Assembly: GCA_963845065.1 (NCBI GenBank)
Contig: CAWJQQ010000009.1
Location: 768,001-832,000, forward strand
From: Nitrospirota bacterium
GTDB lineage: Bacteria > Nitrospirota > UBA9217
Length of the DNA: 64,000 nucleotides
Reading direction: 5' to 3'
Shown here in pieces: positions 10,293 through 21,733 of the stretch; position 1 is the first letter of the stretch, and every line of letters starts with the position of its first letter. Made by a program: the position numbers and the translations under genes. The notes beneath the pieces are model-generated. The model searched no databases, was not told where the DNA came from, and saw only the letters and a program-made list of their open reading frames with translations.

Positions 10293-10919
10293 GTATACAG
10301 AATAAAATTTATACAATATTTTGATATTACTGAATAAGTATTCGATCTTTTATTATATTGAATATGGCCTATTTCTCGACTTTGCTCTTACCGGTACGGT
10401 TCGGTCAATGGAGATAAACACCTATGGACAGGGAACGTGGGAAGGCTTCGGCTCTGCCGGGAACTACTGGGAGGCGACTATTCGAGTAACTGATATAGAA
10501 AACGTTCGTTACACCGATAAGAAGATGATCTGGCTGGAAACGTCACGCAGTACTGCAAACTTGAGGGACGCCCGGCTAAACTTAAGCTCGGCTGGACGCC
10601 GGCCGGGATAAAAAAATGGCCGAAAACTCGGAGGCCGATTACGAACTCAAGCCATGAAACAAAACCCGAACGAAATTGCAGCCCGACTTGTAGTCCTCGA
10701 TGTACTAAAACCTTCTGGGAGAGCCCCTCAATTATTTGAAATTGGACAATATATCGGGACGTGACTATTGTATAAGAACCTTGAATGAGACTGAAACAAT
10801 ATCTCGCAGGTCGGCATGGTACTAATTAAATTTGTTACAGATCTTATCCGTTTAAGCTAGTGTGAGAGTTGGTGTAGGCAACCTGCCGGCCAAATTACAA
10901 TAAATATTGATGCTGATCT

Positions 10920-11396
10920 CTATTTACGGCACAAATCTTTTTCCATAATGATGACGGGATGTGAGTGATATATCGTTTTCTCCTTCACTATCCAACCTAA
11001 TTTTGAATAGAATAGTTCAGGAAGATTGATATCAGTTGTGAACAGAAACAGCTTGCATATTTTTAATTCGGCAGCCTTTTTCTCAGCAGTCTTTGCCAAA
11101 CTTGAGCCAATCATTCTTCTCCTCCACTGTTTCGCCACGTATAGGCTGGTAAGCCAGTGCGGCACATCTTTTCTCGTCTCCATGTCAAACGACGTAAGAG
11201 ATACCGTGCCTACAGGCTTTCCTGCTTCAAAAGCAACCAGAGTTAAGGGGAGCTTTTCCTTATTAATCCTCTCTCGCAACAGACTTACGGCATATTGTAG
11301 TGTCATCTCTGGATACAGATATGACCACTCATCGTATATCCAAGCAGCAAGAACAGGTATTAATTCTTGATGATCGCCCAAATATTGAATATCCAC
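10920..11396 (-). CDS. GNAT family N-acetyltransferase
   Basis: LYVAKQWRRRMIG acetyl-CoA motif; FYSKLGW. Confidence 0.85.
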   Translation of the reverse strand: MDIQYLGDHQELIPVLAAWIYDEWSYLYPEMTLQYAVSLLRERINKEKLPLTLVAFEAGKPVGTVSLTSFDMETRKDVPHWLTSLYVAKQWRRRMIGSSLAKTAEKKAAELKICKLFLFTTDINLPELFYSKLGWIVKEKTIYHSHPVIIMEKDLCRK

Positions 11397-11458
11397 TTAT
11401 ACACCATTCTTTCAGAGTGAAACAATTATTAATCTTATGACATATATTTGTTATCGGG

Positions 11459-11504
11459 CCTCCGTGAAAAGGTCCTGGTTTCAACCGTGGGAAGAGGTCA
11501 GAGG
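11459..11504 (+). repeat. Isolated IS200/IS605 end-like hairpin
   Basis: TCCTGGTTTCAACCGTGGGA imperfect palindrome similar to the other end hairpins; left or right identity unclear. Confidence 0.45.
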
Positions 11505-11613
11505 AATAATTGACGTGTTTGTTCGCGATGAAAATCTATCAATAGAGCAATTGAGTTCTATTGTCGCCCAGCGAAATATCCGGTCACGGTGAATTAATGA
11601 AACCTTTTATGTC

Positions 11614-12009
11614 TTACTTTATGGCGGCGCTCAGCATTGCGATGATGCGTTCCGGATCTTGGAGCCGTTTGTGCTGCATCTGCTCAACCTGTTGCCGAAG
11701 GTATTCTTCTTGTTCACGAGTTAGAGAAATGAATTTGATACCGGCCCGATACCGGTCGCCGTCTTTTTTACACCACACCAGTGCTCCGCACTTTTGTCCA
11801 TAAAGGTTCTTTTTGAACCAGATGATGCCTGGCTCGATGGGTCGATCGGTTTCGATACCGATGCCGATCACACTATAATCCACAATCTTGACTATATGGT
11901 CTGACCACTCAAGAGTATTAACGGAGATAGCCCCTAGGGAACATGTACGCTCTATAGAGATGGGGCGCCGTTTCACACCCTCTCCTTGATTATTTCTTTT
12001 TTCAGTCAC
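11614..12009 (-). CDS. Stand-alone PilZ-like protein
   Basis: DYSVIG (DxSxxG), VWCK and YRAGIKF typical of PilZ barrels; RxxxR degenerate; GTG start uncertain. Confidence 0.6.
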   Translation of the reverse strand: MTEKRNNQGEGVKRRPISIERTCSLGAISVNTLEWSDHIVKIVDYSVIGIGIETDRPIEPGIIWFKKNLYGQKCGALVWCKKDGDRYRAGIKFISLTREQEEYLRQQVEQMQHKRLQDPERIIAMLSAAIK

Positions 12010-13687
12010 AATGCGCTTTCTGTAAAAAAAATAGAGTCTGATCTTTAAATGATACTTTGTCAGACGGCCCCTAGAGATATTTTATCAAAATATGTTTTAA
12101 GCCGACACATTATTGGTTGCAAGATTTACAAAAAACATTTATCTATTTTTAAGCGCTTATCAAAGAGTTATCAATCCTTAGAGTTTTGAATTGATACACT
12201 ATGGGCTAATTCCCCACGCCGATGGGTGAAATGCCAATAATGTTAAGGGTTTTCATATTCTTTGATTAGTTTTAGTGTGGCCTCGTCTTAAGATTTTGGT
12301 CGACTACATAATAAATCTTGTTCATCTTCTCTTTCGGCATACAGAAGAATGCGCCGAGCCCAGCCAATTAATCAGTTTTATGGACGACCCCAAGGCTGTA
12401 ATTACAGCTCTGAACCGCCGTCTATGCCGGTGTGAATAGAAAAGGCTTTGCCGCAGTATTTACATAAAAAGTTCTCTTCTAACAATGGTCACCGTTAAGG
12501 CGGTCAATCGTAAGAAAGGATCAAACAGTGGAAGACAGCTTATCACATACCGTGGGGGAATGTAAATACCACGTTGTTGGGTGCCGAAAAATTTGCGTAA
12601 GGTGATATACGTACAGCTAGGACAAAGATTGTCATATTGGTCCGAAATTGTTTGAGTACAAGGGCGTGAAGATTTTAGAAGAGCAGTCATGCTCCGCCGA
12701 AGATAGCATGAAAGTGATTCGTGGTCTTTATGGCTGGTTTCTGCTGTTTTGCTGTCTAAAACAGTGCCACGAGCTTTCGTAAGCAAGACAGTTCTTCAAG
12801 CAAACTCTGATTTATATTTTTTTTATCATTCATAATTTAGCAAATCATGATAAAATCTTCTATAACTTGCTAACGGGGATCAATGCCATCCTTGACTAAG
12901 GATGATTAAGGGGACAGGAAGTCCCCCTAACCTACCGATTTGACCGAATTTTTTGCAACTCCTACGACCACCGCGATTCTCATCTTTTACCAAAGCAATG
13001 TAGCCTACTTGAGTCCACTTGAGCATCAGGAACTTGTGCTCACCCTGAATGAAAAGGCCCACAAAAAAATCCTCGCCAAGACCCGCAAACTTCGCCACAG
13101 TCTGGCCGATTAACTTACGATACCTCATGCACCGTGAATAGCACCGCCCACGCGCTCACCATCGAAATCACACTGCCAGCATTCTCCATGAGCGCTGTAG
13201 GGACGTTCCTGTCTCCCGAGCTGGCTATCGTTCCTTTTTGAGTAAAATATCCAGAAACCTTTTAATCCGCGGATAGAGAAATATTATTCCCGGTGAAAAC
13301 TCTCGTAAATGTATTGTTTTCGGCTCACACTGTCTGAACTGCAGCAAAGCATGTTCTTGAATTGACAAAACTGTAGAAGACTGATACCATCAACAATATC
13401 TATGTGAAACCTTAGGTACAAAAGGTTCAAAAATTGAATAGCTACCATGAAGACATTCGTAGCCGGATGTTTTTGTTTTGGGTTGATCGTAATTAAATTT
13501 TATTCTGCTATATCGCTATATTATTCTATTCCTTTACTAATATATATCTTTTATATATCTTTCTTTCTGTAATGCGTGGCAGGAGTAAATGTATATAGTG
13601 CCAGCACCGGTGTATCCTGTAGATTATCATTTCAATTTTCTTATTAAGAGTTCATTGCAATAAGTATAAGCTGAAAAAATAGCACTA

Positions 13688-15448
13688 ATGCTTGCGGGTC
13701 ATATGGAGATCAAATCTATTATTAATAATAGAACATTGTTTAATAAAGACAACAGCTCCCAGACAGAGGCAATTCTTGCTATTGTTTTGAACAATATTAC
13801 GCAAGGTATGGTCGTTGTTGGGCCAGACTATGCCGTGCAGGCATTCAACAAACAGTTAGAGGAACTTTTCGGGTTGCAACCGGGAACAGTCGAGGTAGGC
13901 TGTAATTTCAGAGATATCCTCAAGGTATGGGCTGATGTGACTGGACAAACACAGGATGTCTTTGACCGGACCGTAAGAGAACTTGACCTGCCCAATAACT
14001 TTGAAATTGAATTTTCGCAAACGCTACAAGGGGTTAATCGATGGTGCCTTCTGACTCATATACCTTTGCCTTCAAAGGGATTTGTGAGGACATATTCTGA
14101 CATCACCGCGAGGAAAAAGGCGGATGAGCAGCATATGTATGATGCCTTCCACGATCCCCTGACGGGCCTCCCGAATCGGGCACTTTTTCTGAACCGACTC
14201 CAACATGTTATTACCGCGTCGCAACGACGGCACGGCACTTATAACTACGCAGTCTTCTTCCTCGACATGGACCGGTTTAAGATCATCAACGATGGCCACG
14301 GTCATACCATTGGAGATCAACTCCTCGTCCTGGTTGGTCGAAAACTGGCTGATTGCATCCGGCCCGGAGATACTATCGCGCGACTCGGAGGTGATGAATT
14401 TGCCATTCTCCTGCAGAACATCGATGATCCCGCTTACACGGTCATCGTCGCCGAGCGGATCCGGGAGAAATTGACTGTTCCGCTCGATATCAAAGGACGT
14501 AAAATATTTACCTCGATCAGCATCGGAATCGCGTTAGGCTCGGAAGGTTATGAACGACCGGAACAGGTCCTCCGCGACGCGGACATCGCGATGTACGAGG
14601 CAAAAGGTCGGGGAAACGCATCGTATGAGATCTTCGATATCAAGCTGCATGCCAATATCCTGGACCGGATGCAGCTGGTGGCCGATTTGCGAGGAGCAGT
14701 CGATAATAAGGAGCTTACTCTCTACTATCAGCCCATCATCGACCTGACAACACAACAGTTGATGGGATTTGAAGCGCTCGTCCGCTGGAATCATCCGACG
14801 CGGGGCCTCATCTACCCCATGGAGTTCATCCCCTTAGCAGAGGAGCACGGACTCATCTATCATATCGGAGCATGGATTCTTCACGAAGCCTGCCGTGAGC
14901 TGAAATTGCTTCAGGTGCGGTACCCCGCGCAGCCACCGCTCAATATGAGCATCAATATTTCAAGCAGACAATTCTCACAACAGGACCTTGTTGGCATGCT
15001 CTTCGGGTTTCTCACAGAGACGGGCGTAGATCCTAGCACCTTGATACTGGAAATAACCGAGAGCATGATCATGGAAAACGTCGATGCTGCAGTACAGACA
15101 ATGAAGCGTCTGCGAAACATGGAGATTCGGATTCATATTGATGATTTCGGAACGGGCCATTCATCACTTAGCTATCTGCAACTCTTTCCGGTCAGTGCGC
15201 TCAAGATCGACCGTAGTTTTATCAACAAACTTACCACTAACGGTAAGAATCAGGAGATCATCACACACATTGTTTCCTTGGCCAAGAGTCTGAATTTCGA
15301 TGTGATTGCCGAGGGAGTGGAAATGGAGCACCAGTTAGCCAATGTTCAGGATCTGCACTGCGGCTACGGCCAGGGCTTTCTCTTTGCCCGTCCCATGGCG
15401 TTTAATGCTATTGATGCATGGATGCAAAAACAGAAACGTAAAATGTGA
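13688..15448 (+). CDS. PAS-GGDEF-EAL diguanylate cyclase/phosphodiesterase
   Basis: Intact GGDEF with RPGD I-site, EAL and DDFGTG. Confidence 0.95.
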   Translation: MLAGHMEIKSIINNRTLFNKDNSSQTEAILAIVLNNITQGMVVVGPDYAVQAFNKQLEELFGLQPGTVEVGCNFRDILKVWADVTGQTQDVFDRTVRELDLPNNFEIEFSQTLQGVNRWCLLTHIPLPSKGFVRTYSDITARKKADEQHMYDAFHDPLTGLPNRALFLNRLQHVITASQRRHGTYNYAVFFLDMDRFKIINDGHGHTIGDQLLVLVGRKLADCIRPGDTIARLGGDEFAILLQNIDDPAYTVIVAERIREKLTVPLDIKGRKIFTSISIGIALGSEGYERPEQVLRDADIAMYEAKGRGNASYEIFDIKLHANILDRMQLVADLRGAVDNKELTLYYQPIIDLTTQQLMGFEALVRWNHPTRGLIYPMEFIPLAEEHGLIYHIGAWILHEACRELKLLQVRYPAQPPLNMSINISSRQFSQQDLVGMLFGFLTETGVDPSTLILEITESMIMENVDAAVQTMKRLRNMEIRIHIDDFGTGHSSLSYLQLFPVSALKIDRSFINKLTTNGKNQEIITHIVSLAKSLNFDVIAEGVEMEHQLANVQDLHCGYGQGFLFARPMAFNAIDAWMQKQKRKM

Positions 15449-15723
15449 AACAAAAATATGCGGGCGTTACGCCATTGCGACCACATGTATTGATTCATTT
15501 TTGAGAAAGTCCTGAATTCTTCTACGGTGGTCTTAATACCACAAGCTTTCCAATCCCCTCCTGTAATCCCCTCAGACCTCAGAAGCATATCCCGCGTGAT
15601 TTACAGTCAGAACACAGGCGCTTGGGAAATTCTAGCCGATGTTGTTCGGCCTTCTGATGATAAAGGTATTAAATCGGCAGAGCAATAAGTACACCAGAAT
15701 GATAAACTTGAAGAATCCTAAAC

Positions 15724-17098
15724 GGCTCTTGGCACGATACTATGGGCTGAAATGCGTTGAAAAAACACCCGGAAAGCGTTAACTTCTTGCAAATGACTAG
15801 CCATCATTAAGCAAGGAGGGGCCTTCCGGATGCAGTTAGATTATCTCACACGGTTATTAGGAATTCAAGGGCATCATGTGACGGAGTTCGATATAGGATA
15901 CCGAAAGGAACATATATCGGTCATTGTTACGATAGCGCGGGATCATGAAACTCATACGTGCGCAAAGTGCGGTGTGATAGACATCGGTGGATACGACAGC
16001 AAGGAATTTGAGGTCCGCCATTTATTGTTTTGGAGTGCCCCAACATTTATCCGATTCGAGCGCTACCGTGGCAGCTGTAAAGAGTGCGGGATTCTATCGG
16101 AACCCCTTAGTTTTGTGGATGTCCGAGGACCACGGGTCACCGCAGAATTGGCGCATGTAACCAAGGAATTGTGCAAAGTGACAACGGTCAAGGCCGTGGG
16201 CGATATCCTGATGCTGCACCGACATACGGTCAAAGCGATCGATAAACAGGCGTTACAGGAAGAGCAGGCAAACCGCCCTTTGGACGGCATAACCGTATTG
16301 GGCATGGATGAACTTTCCCATGGAAAGGGCAAGGGACATAAGTATAAGCACATGATAAGCGCCCTAGATGGACCTCGTGGCCCAGAGATGCTGTTTGTGG
16401 GGAAAGGGCGAAAAGAACGCAACTTGAGCAAGTTCTGGAAGTGGTTTGGCAAAGAGCGTGCTCGTATAATCACCCATGCAGTAATGGACATGTGGAAGCC
16501 GTTCCGCAACAGCGTTCGCAAGCACTGTCCGAGTGCGCAGATTATTTACGATAAGTTTCACGTCATCCAACACTTACTAAAAGCTCTTAATGCTGTGCGC
16601 GTACAGGAGATCCGAAAGGCCGGGAAATGGATGAAAGGCCGACTGTCGGGGAAAAAGTTTATTCTGCTTTCCCGTCAAGCCCATGTACGAGGAAATGCGC
16701 GGGCAGAGCTTAATGACGCATTGCGAGCAAATAAGCGATTGTTTAAGTCGCATTTGATGAAAGAAACGTTCGGACACTTGTGGAGCTATGAATCAAAAAC
16801 ATGGGCACGCAAGTTCTTTCGAGGTTGGGTAGACCAACTTAAATGGAGTCGTCTGAAGCCAATGCAAAAATTTGCACGTATGGTGGAAAAGCATCTGGAT
16901 GGTATTTTAGCGTATTGCGATAATAAAGCGCCGCTTGGATTTATTGAGGCTGCAAACGCTAAGGCGAGAAATGTAATTCGCCGCGCATACGGCTATCGAG
17001 ACAATGCCTATCTGGATTTGAAGATCATTCAGACTTGCACTCCCTGGATGAACCGATTTAAACCATGGTCTTTTACCCATAGTAGGGTGCCATGAGCC
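15724..17098 (+). mobile_element. ISL3-family insertion sequence, intact (1375 bp)
   Basis: IRs GGCTCTTGGCACGATACTATGGG and GGCTCATGGCACCCTACTATGGG (revcomp); 8-bp target duplication TCCTAAAC at 15716-15723 and 17099-17106. Confidence 0.95.
15830..17095 (+). CDS. ISL3 family transposase
   Basis: Zn finger, GMDE, MDMWKPF, YDKFHV and RRAYGYR motifs. Confidence 0.95.
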   Translation: MQLDYLTRLLGIQGHHVTEFDIGYRKEHISVIVTIARDHETHTCAKCGVIDIGGYDSKEFEVRHLLFWSAPTFIRFERYRGSCKECGILSEPLSFVDVRGPRVTAELAHVTKELCKVTTVKAVGDILMLHRHTVKAIDKQALQEEQANRPLDGITVLGMDELSHGKGKGHKYKHMISALDGPRGPEMLFVGKGRKERNLSKFWKWFGKERARIITHAVMDMWKPFRNSVRKHCPSAQIIYDKFHVIQHLLKALNAVRVQEIRKAGKWMKGRLSGKKFILLSRQAHVRGNARAELNDALRANKRLFKSHLMKETFGHLWSYESKTWARKFFRGWVDQLKWSRLKPMQKFARMVEKHLDGILAYCDNKAPLGFIEAANAKARNVIRRAYGYRDNAYLDLKIIQTCTPWMNRFKPWSFTHSRVP

Positions 17099-17202
17099 TC
17101 CTAAACAAATGCTCAGAATGACATGATATACTATAAATCTATGTGCCTAGCGTAAACGCATGACGTTTTTTATGTAACATAGTTAAAAACAGGAGGTAAT
17201 TT

Positions 17203-18228
17203 ATGGAACATTCACGCAGGACCTTTCTCAAAATGGCTGGTGCAGCGGGGATTGCAGTTGTTGCTGGGAAAACCATCGTGCAGGCAGGAGTGCAGCCAGC
17301 GCAGTCGACGAACTATACCATCAGCCGGGAACTTCCGAATCAGATGACATTTTGTACACTCCGCCGCGATGGCCGATCCATGCTCGGCATCCGCACATCA
17401 AAAGGAGTCCTTGACGTGGAGATGGCAGCTAATCTCCTTGGCAAGAGTGCGCCAGCCACAATTGACGAAGTACTACAAGGCGCGAACCCCCAGGTCCTCC
17501 GGACCTTGGTCGATTCGGCGCTTTCGTCCGGCACGGCAAAGGCAGCGTTCATCGATGAAAGCAAGGTTTCATTTGGGCCCTGTGTAACGAACCCGGAAAA
17601 AATCATCTGTCTCGGCTACAATTATAAAAAGCATGTTGCGGAGATGCACATCCCGACACCTACGTCGCCGGTCCTGTTCAACAAGTTTAACAATGCGCTC
17701 AATTTTCACAACGGCGTCATCAATCTGCCGCAAGATGTGGCAAAAAAATTCGATTATGAGGTTGAACTGGTGATCGTGATGGGCAGGACGGCGCGAAACG
17801 TAAGCAAAGCTGACGCGCTCTCGTACGTCTTTGGCTACTGCACGGGCAATGATTTCTCAGCGCGAGACCTGCAGTTCAAGACAAGCCAGTTGATGATGGG
17901 CAAGACCTGTGATGGTTTTGCACCCATTGGCCCGTGGCTGATCACCGCGGACCAGGTCCCGGACCCGCAGAACCTCAAGCTCGAGTGCCGCGTGAACGGG
18001 GATGTGCGTCAGTCGTCGAACACCAGCGATATGATCTTCGATTGCAAGACAATCGTCAGCTATATCTCCCAGCTCTGGACGCTTAAGCCGGGGGACATCA
18101 TCTTTACAGGTACCCCTGAGGGTGTGATTCTGGGCTATCCGCCCGAGAAGCAGGTATGGCTTAAACCGGGCGATCAGATAACAACGTCAATCGAGAAACT
18201 GGGAGAGCATCGCTTCACGCTGGCATAG
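17203..18228 (+). CDS. Fumarylacetoacetate hydrolase family protein with Tat signal
   Basis: SRRTFLK twin-arginine leader; GYNY, DYEVEL, GNDFSARD and TGTPEG motifs. Confidence 0.9.
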   Translation: MEHSRRTFLKMAGAAGIAVVAGKTIVQAGVQPAQSTNYTISRELPNQMTFCTLRRDGRSMLGIRTSKGVLDVEMAANLLGKSAPATIDEVLQGANPQVLRTLVDSALSSGTAKAAFIDESKVSFGPCVTNPEKIICLGYNYKKHVAEMHIPTPTSPVLFNKFNNALNFHNGVINLPQDVAKKFDYEVELVIVMGRTARNVSKADALSYVFGYCTGNDFSARDLQFKTSQLMMGKTCDGFAPIGPWLITADQVPDPQNLKLECRVNGDVRQSSNTSDMIFDCKTIVSYISQLWTLKPGDIIFTGTPEGVILGYPPEKQVWLKPGDQITTSIEKLGEHRFTLA

Positions 18229-18888
18229 CAGCAGGTGTGAAGGCGAGCCTTTTCCATGCGGGCACTACAGAAATTGATTATTGAATCTAACCCCGGCAAA
18301 GTGTGGTGCCTCCGGTCGTGCATTACTCCTCTCTCTAATATGGGAGCAGACCCTCTAGAGGGCATTCATTTGAATATTCTCGGTCAGGTGAAGAAGGACG
18401 CCTTTCGTGACGAGAAAATAAAATTGTTCGTCGATACTTACTCAATCATCGATTTTCTCTACTATTGCCATTGTTTTTCATTCAGTTCCGATGTCAGTTT
18501 TTTACTGAATGAGTTGCCTATTTTTTAAATTAAAGCCTTGTAATGTCGCTTTGTACAGCCTCATCCCTTCGGCTCTAATCGGTCTGGATTTAGTGGATAG
18601 TTTTCCATAGCGCCATTCCTCATGTTATGTCTTAGGAGAAAGTGAAAATGCATGTCAACCCTGAACGGTGCAGGACTAACGCTCCGTTTCACAAGAAGAT
18701 AGTGTCACATGCGCTTCTTGTGCTCTGTGAGAGAAAGTGAATCGTTTGGAAGTCCGCTTGAGTATATATCCGTACGAATTTGTGGATGTGCGTATAAGAT
18801 CACAACTACCTTCTAGACTAGCCAGCCACGTAGAATAAACATAATGTTGCAATTTGAAATTCCTTACAGACAGAAATGGGAGGATATC

Positions 18889-19203
18889 TTGATAAAACGA
18901 AACGCCACGTTCAAGTTCCTGGTTTGCATTTTATTTATAACCTTATTCCTTGGGTGCGCAGCCACCCAGAGTCACGAAAGTACGGGTCAGTATATCGATG
19001 ACTCAGTGATCACAACCAAGGTAAAGGCCGCAATCCTGAACGAGTCATCATTGAAACTGTTTCAGATTAGTGTCAAGACGTACCAAGGTGTAGTCAAGCT
19101 AAGCGGTTTTGTTGATTCGGTAAAGAAGGTAAAAAAAGCAGAAGAGGTTGCCGGCAACGTTGGAGGCGTCAAAGGGGTGAAAAACGAGCTGGTTGTGAAG
19201 TAG
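18889..19203 (+). CDS. BON-domain lipoprotein (OsmY-like)
   Basis: LGC lipobox; DDSVITTKVK and GVKGVKNEL; TTG start after GGAGG. Confidence 0.85.
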   Translation: MIKRNATFKFLVCILFITLFLGCAATQSHESTGQYIDDSVITTKVKAAILNESSLKLFQISVKTYQGVVKLSGFVDSVKKVKKAEEVAGNVGGVKGVKNELVVK

Positions 19204-19717
19204 GTTCAATACCTCAGTTGATTTTGACGACCGGGTTCGGCATGCATTACCTGCAAAATTGAGAATCCGGACAGTAATCAAGAAATAGAGATATCCTGAG
19301 ACGGTCATCTTCAAAGTGATAAAGTTAATCGTGCTGCTATGCTGTCCAGGTCAAGAAGGGAGGAGGGGGCATGTCGTGGAAGTTGTTTCTATCTGTGCGT
19401 TCCTTTAAACAGTGTTGGCTAAAGCAATGCCAGACGTAGTCACACTGCGTCCAATATATCCTAACTCTCCGGTGTTCTGGCCTCGGTATGCAGAAATTAC
19501 ATGGGTGCTTTTCCTCATGAAGGAATTGAGATCAGCAGGTCCAGTCCTTGGCCCTTTCCACATCCTCCGAAATCTCACAGCCAACAAAAAACATTGCTGA
19601 GCCAGTTTATCGACGCCAAATCAACGCTTACCTGCAATCATGACCAAGTTGCGAGGAACACGCCATTTACTTTTCTAAAGCTCGTCGTATCTGATTCTCT
19701 GACGCACTCAGTTCGCT

Positions 19718-19744
19718 GCATGTGGGGTTTCTCGCGCAGGGCTC
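19718..19744 (-). repeat. Truncated IS200/IS605 left end (family D)
   Basis: Minus strand TTAG|GAGCCCTGCGCGAGAAACCCCACATGC; close to the copy at 37318-37368. Confidence 0.5.
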
Positions 19745-20043
19745 CTAAATAGTCCAATTGTCCAGTCTGTTAATGTGGGTAAGAACATTCAAATAGATAT
19801 ATACGTAAAATTCCAATCGTATTTCAGGGGAGATATTTAACACCACGGCAACTATAAAGGAAAACGAATGATTGTTTGTGTACACGAAAACGATTGAAAG
19901 TCCGATATGCTAAGGCAAACGAATATACAAGCAGTTGTGCACTGGTAGAGCTGTGACTAACTGAGACAATTACACTTGTTGATCCAGGACAAACACAAGA
20001 CAAGGAAACTACTGTACAAGGTGAAGCTTGTGTGCTAATTTAC

Positions 20044-21724
20044 CAAACTATCCGCGGAAAGCCCCTGGTTTTAACCATGGGGATGAATGCGGGAACTTTG
20101 TTTTTCATAAATTGCTGGACAAATGTATATCTATATGGTATAGTTGAGCAATCAATGCCAGATAAACTTAAAACTCCAACATTTATCCACGAGTTTCAAC
20201 TCGTAACAACCCCAAAAGACAATCGAATGCTTAATGTCCGACTCGAAGCTGGTCGTTATCTATATAATGCCTGTCTTGGTGAAGCGATGAAACGTCTTGC
20301 CGCCATGCGTAGCTCTAAAAAATGGCGCTTGGCGATCAAGAAGAAAAAGAGCAAGCTACGCACTATAATGTTCAAGACAGCCAGAAACATAGCTGAATAT
20401 ACCGAATACCATCTCCATGATTATGTCGGGAGCCTCCGCAATTCGTGTTGGATCGGAGACCATATTGACAGCCTGGCCGCCCAAAAGATAGCGACCAAGT
20501 CGTTTAATGCCGTTGCTGACTACGAGTTCGGGAAGCATGGGAAACCACGGTTCAAGCGTCGTGGCTGGATGTCTTCGCTCGAAGGCAAAAACAACAAGTC
20601 TGGTATTCGGTGGTGCGATGACCATGTTGAATGGTCTGGACTTAGCCTTACCTGTGTCTTCGACAAAAAAGACAAGTTTGGCGTTCAGGCACATGCGCTT
20701 TGCCATGATGTTAAATATGTTCGTTTGGTGAAGAAAACCATCTGCGGCAACGCCTGCTGGTTCGCCCAACTCGTGCTTAAAGGCACGGCCAGGATCAAGC
20801 GTGAGAACCAGATCGGCACCGAAACCGTTGGCCTTGACATTGGTCCATCCACGGGTGCTATCGTTAGCGATACCGATGCGTTGCTCGTAGCATTTTGTCC
20901 GGAAGTCGAGATTCCGTACAAACAAATCCGCGTGGTTCAGCGTAAGATGGCCAGAAGCCTGAAGGCTGCCAACCCGGACAACTACAACGAAGACGGCACG
21001 ACTAAGACCGGTGCCGGGAAGGGTAAAAAGCGGTGGATATTCTCTGCTCAATACCGTGCGCTTAAGGCTGAACTAGCCGAGCTACAGCGAGTTTTGGCTG
21101 AAACCAGAAAACGGGCTCATGGCACGTTAGCCAATGAAATTCTTAAGCTCGGAACCAACATAAAGACCGAGAAACTGTCGTACAGAGCATTCCAGAAACT
21201 CTATGGTAAAAGTATTTCAAGACGCGCTCCGGGGATGTTTATTTCGATGCTTCGCCGCAAAGCCGAAAACGCTGGCGGTAAAGTAACTGAATTTTCTACC
21301 CGGAGCACGAAGCTTTCAGAGACATGCCACTGCGGGGAAGTAGCCAAAAAACCGCTATCCCAAAGATGGCATGACTGTAACTGCGGGGTAACCGCTCAAC
21401 GCGATCTCTACTCCGCATATCTTGCAAAATATGTTTTTGAAAATGTCCTCGACACGCGTCAAGCCGCAGCAGCTTGGCCGGGTGCAAACCTGCTCCTGGA
21501 ACGGGCGGTGTTGAGGGTGCAGTTTGAAGCGGCAAATGGCCGAATTCACCCGGCCAGCTTCGGTATTAACAACATGAGAGCCAACACCACGAACCGGAGA
21601 CAGAGTTGCTTGCCCGTTAAAAACGGATCAACGATAGTCGATGCCGGCAACCTCTGTATTGTTGCCGGAAAGCCTGTCGGTATTGCCGTTAGAACTCCCT
21701 GTCTTTAGACATGGGGTAGGTCAG
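20044..21724 (+). mobile_element. Solo-tnpB IS200/IS605 (IS1341-like) element, family A
   Basis: TTAC target tetramer, then left end with AAAG-hairpin; right end GAAC-hairpin-TCAG; no tnpA. Confidence 0.9.
20155..21708 (+). CDS. tnpB: RNA-guided endonuclease TnpB (517 aa)
   Basis: RuvC residues present (GLDIG, KTEKL, QRDLY); CHC/CNC Zn finger. Start set at ATG 20155 by comparison with the paralog. Confidence 0.9.
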   Translation: MPDKLKTPTFIHEFQLVTTPKDNRMLNVRLEAGRYLYNACLGEAMKRLAAMRSSKKWRLAIKKKKSKLRTIMFKTARNIAEYTEYHLHDYVGSLRNSCWIGDHIDSLAAQKIATKSFNAVADYEFGKHGKPRFKRRGWMSSLEGKNNKSGIRWCDDHVEWSGLSLTCVFDKKDKFGVQAHALCHDVKYVRLVKKTICGNACWFAQLVLKGTARIKRENQIGTETVGLDIGPSTGAIVSDTDALLVAFCPEVEIPYKQIRVVQRKMARSLKAANPDNYNEDGTTKTGAGKGKKRWIFSAQYRALKAELAELQRVLAETRKRAHGTLANEILKLGTNIKTEKLSYRAFQKLYGKSISRRAPGMFISMLRRKAENAGGKVTEFSTRSTKLSETCHCGEVAKKPLSQRWHDCNCGVTAQRDLYSAYLAKYVFENVLDTRQAAAAWPGANLLLERAVLRVQFEAANGRIHPASFGINNMRANTTNRRQSCLPVKNGSTIVDAGNLCIVAGKPVGIAVRTPCL

Positions 21725-21733
21725 AAGACTCTT

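Noticed and set aside
10055..10611. Short ORFs here and at 12460-13128, 26867-27223 and 34024-34224, plus many antisense ORFs
   Set aside because: No RBS or recognisable motif; they are probably spurious frames or unidentifiable relics.
20032..20154. N-terminal extension of TnpB in the ORF track
   Set aside because: It runs through the left-end hairpin and promoter; the paralog starts at the equivalent of ATG 20155.
20044..21724. Type V CRISPR-Cas (Cas12f/n-like) interpretation of the large TnpBs
   Set aside because: No repeat-spacer array or cas1/cas2 was seen; the genes are bounded by IS200/IS605 end hairpins.
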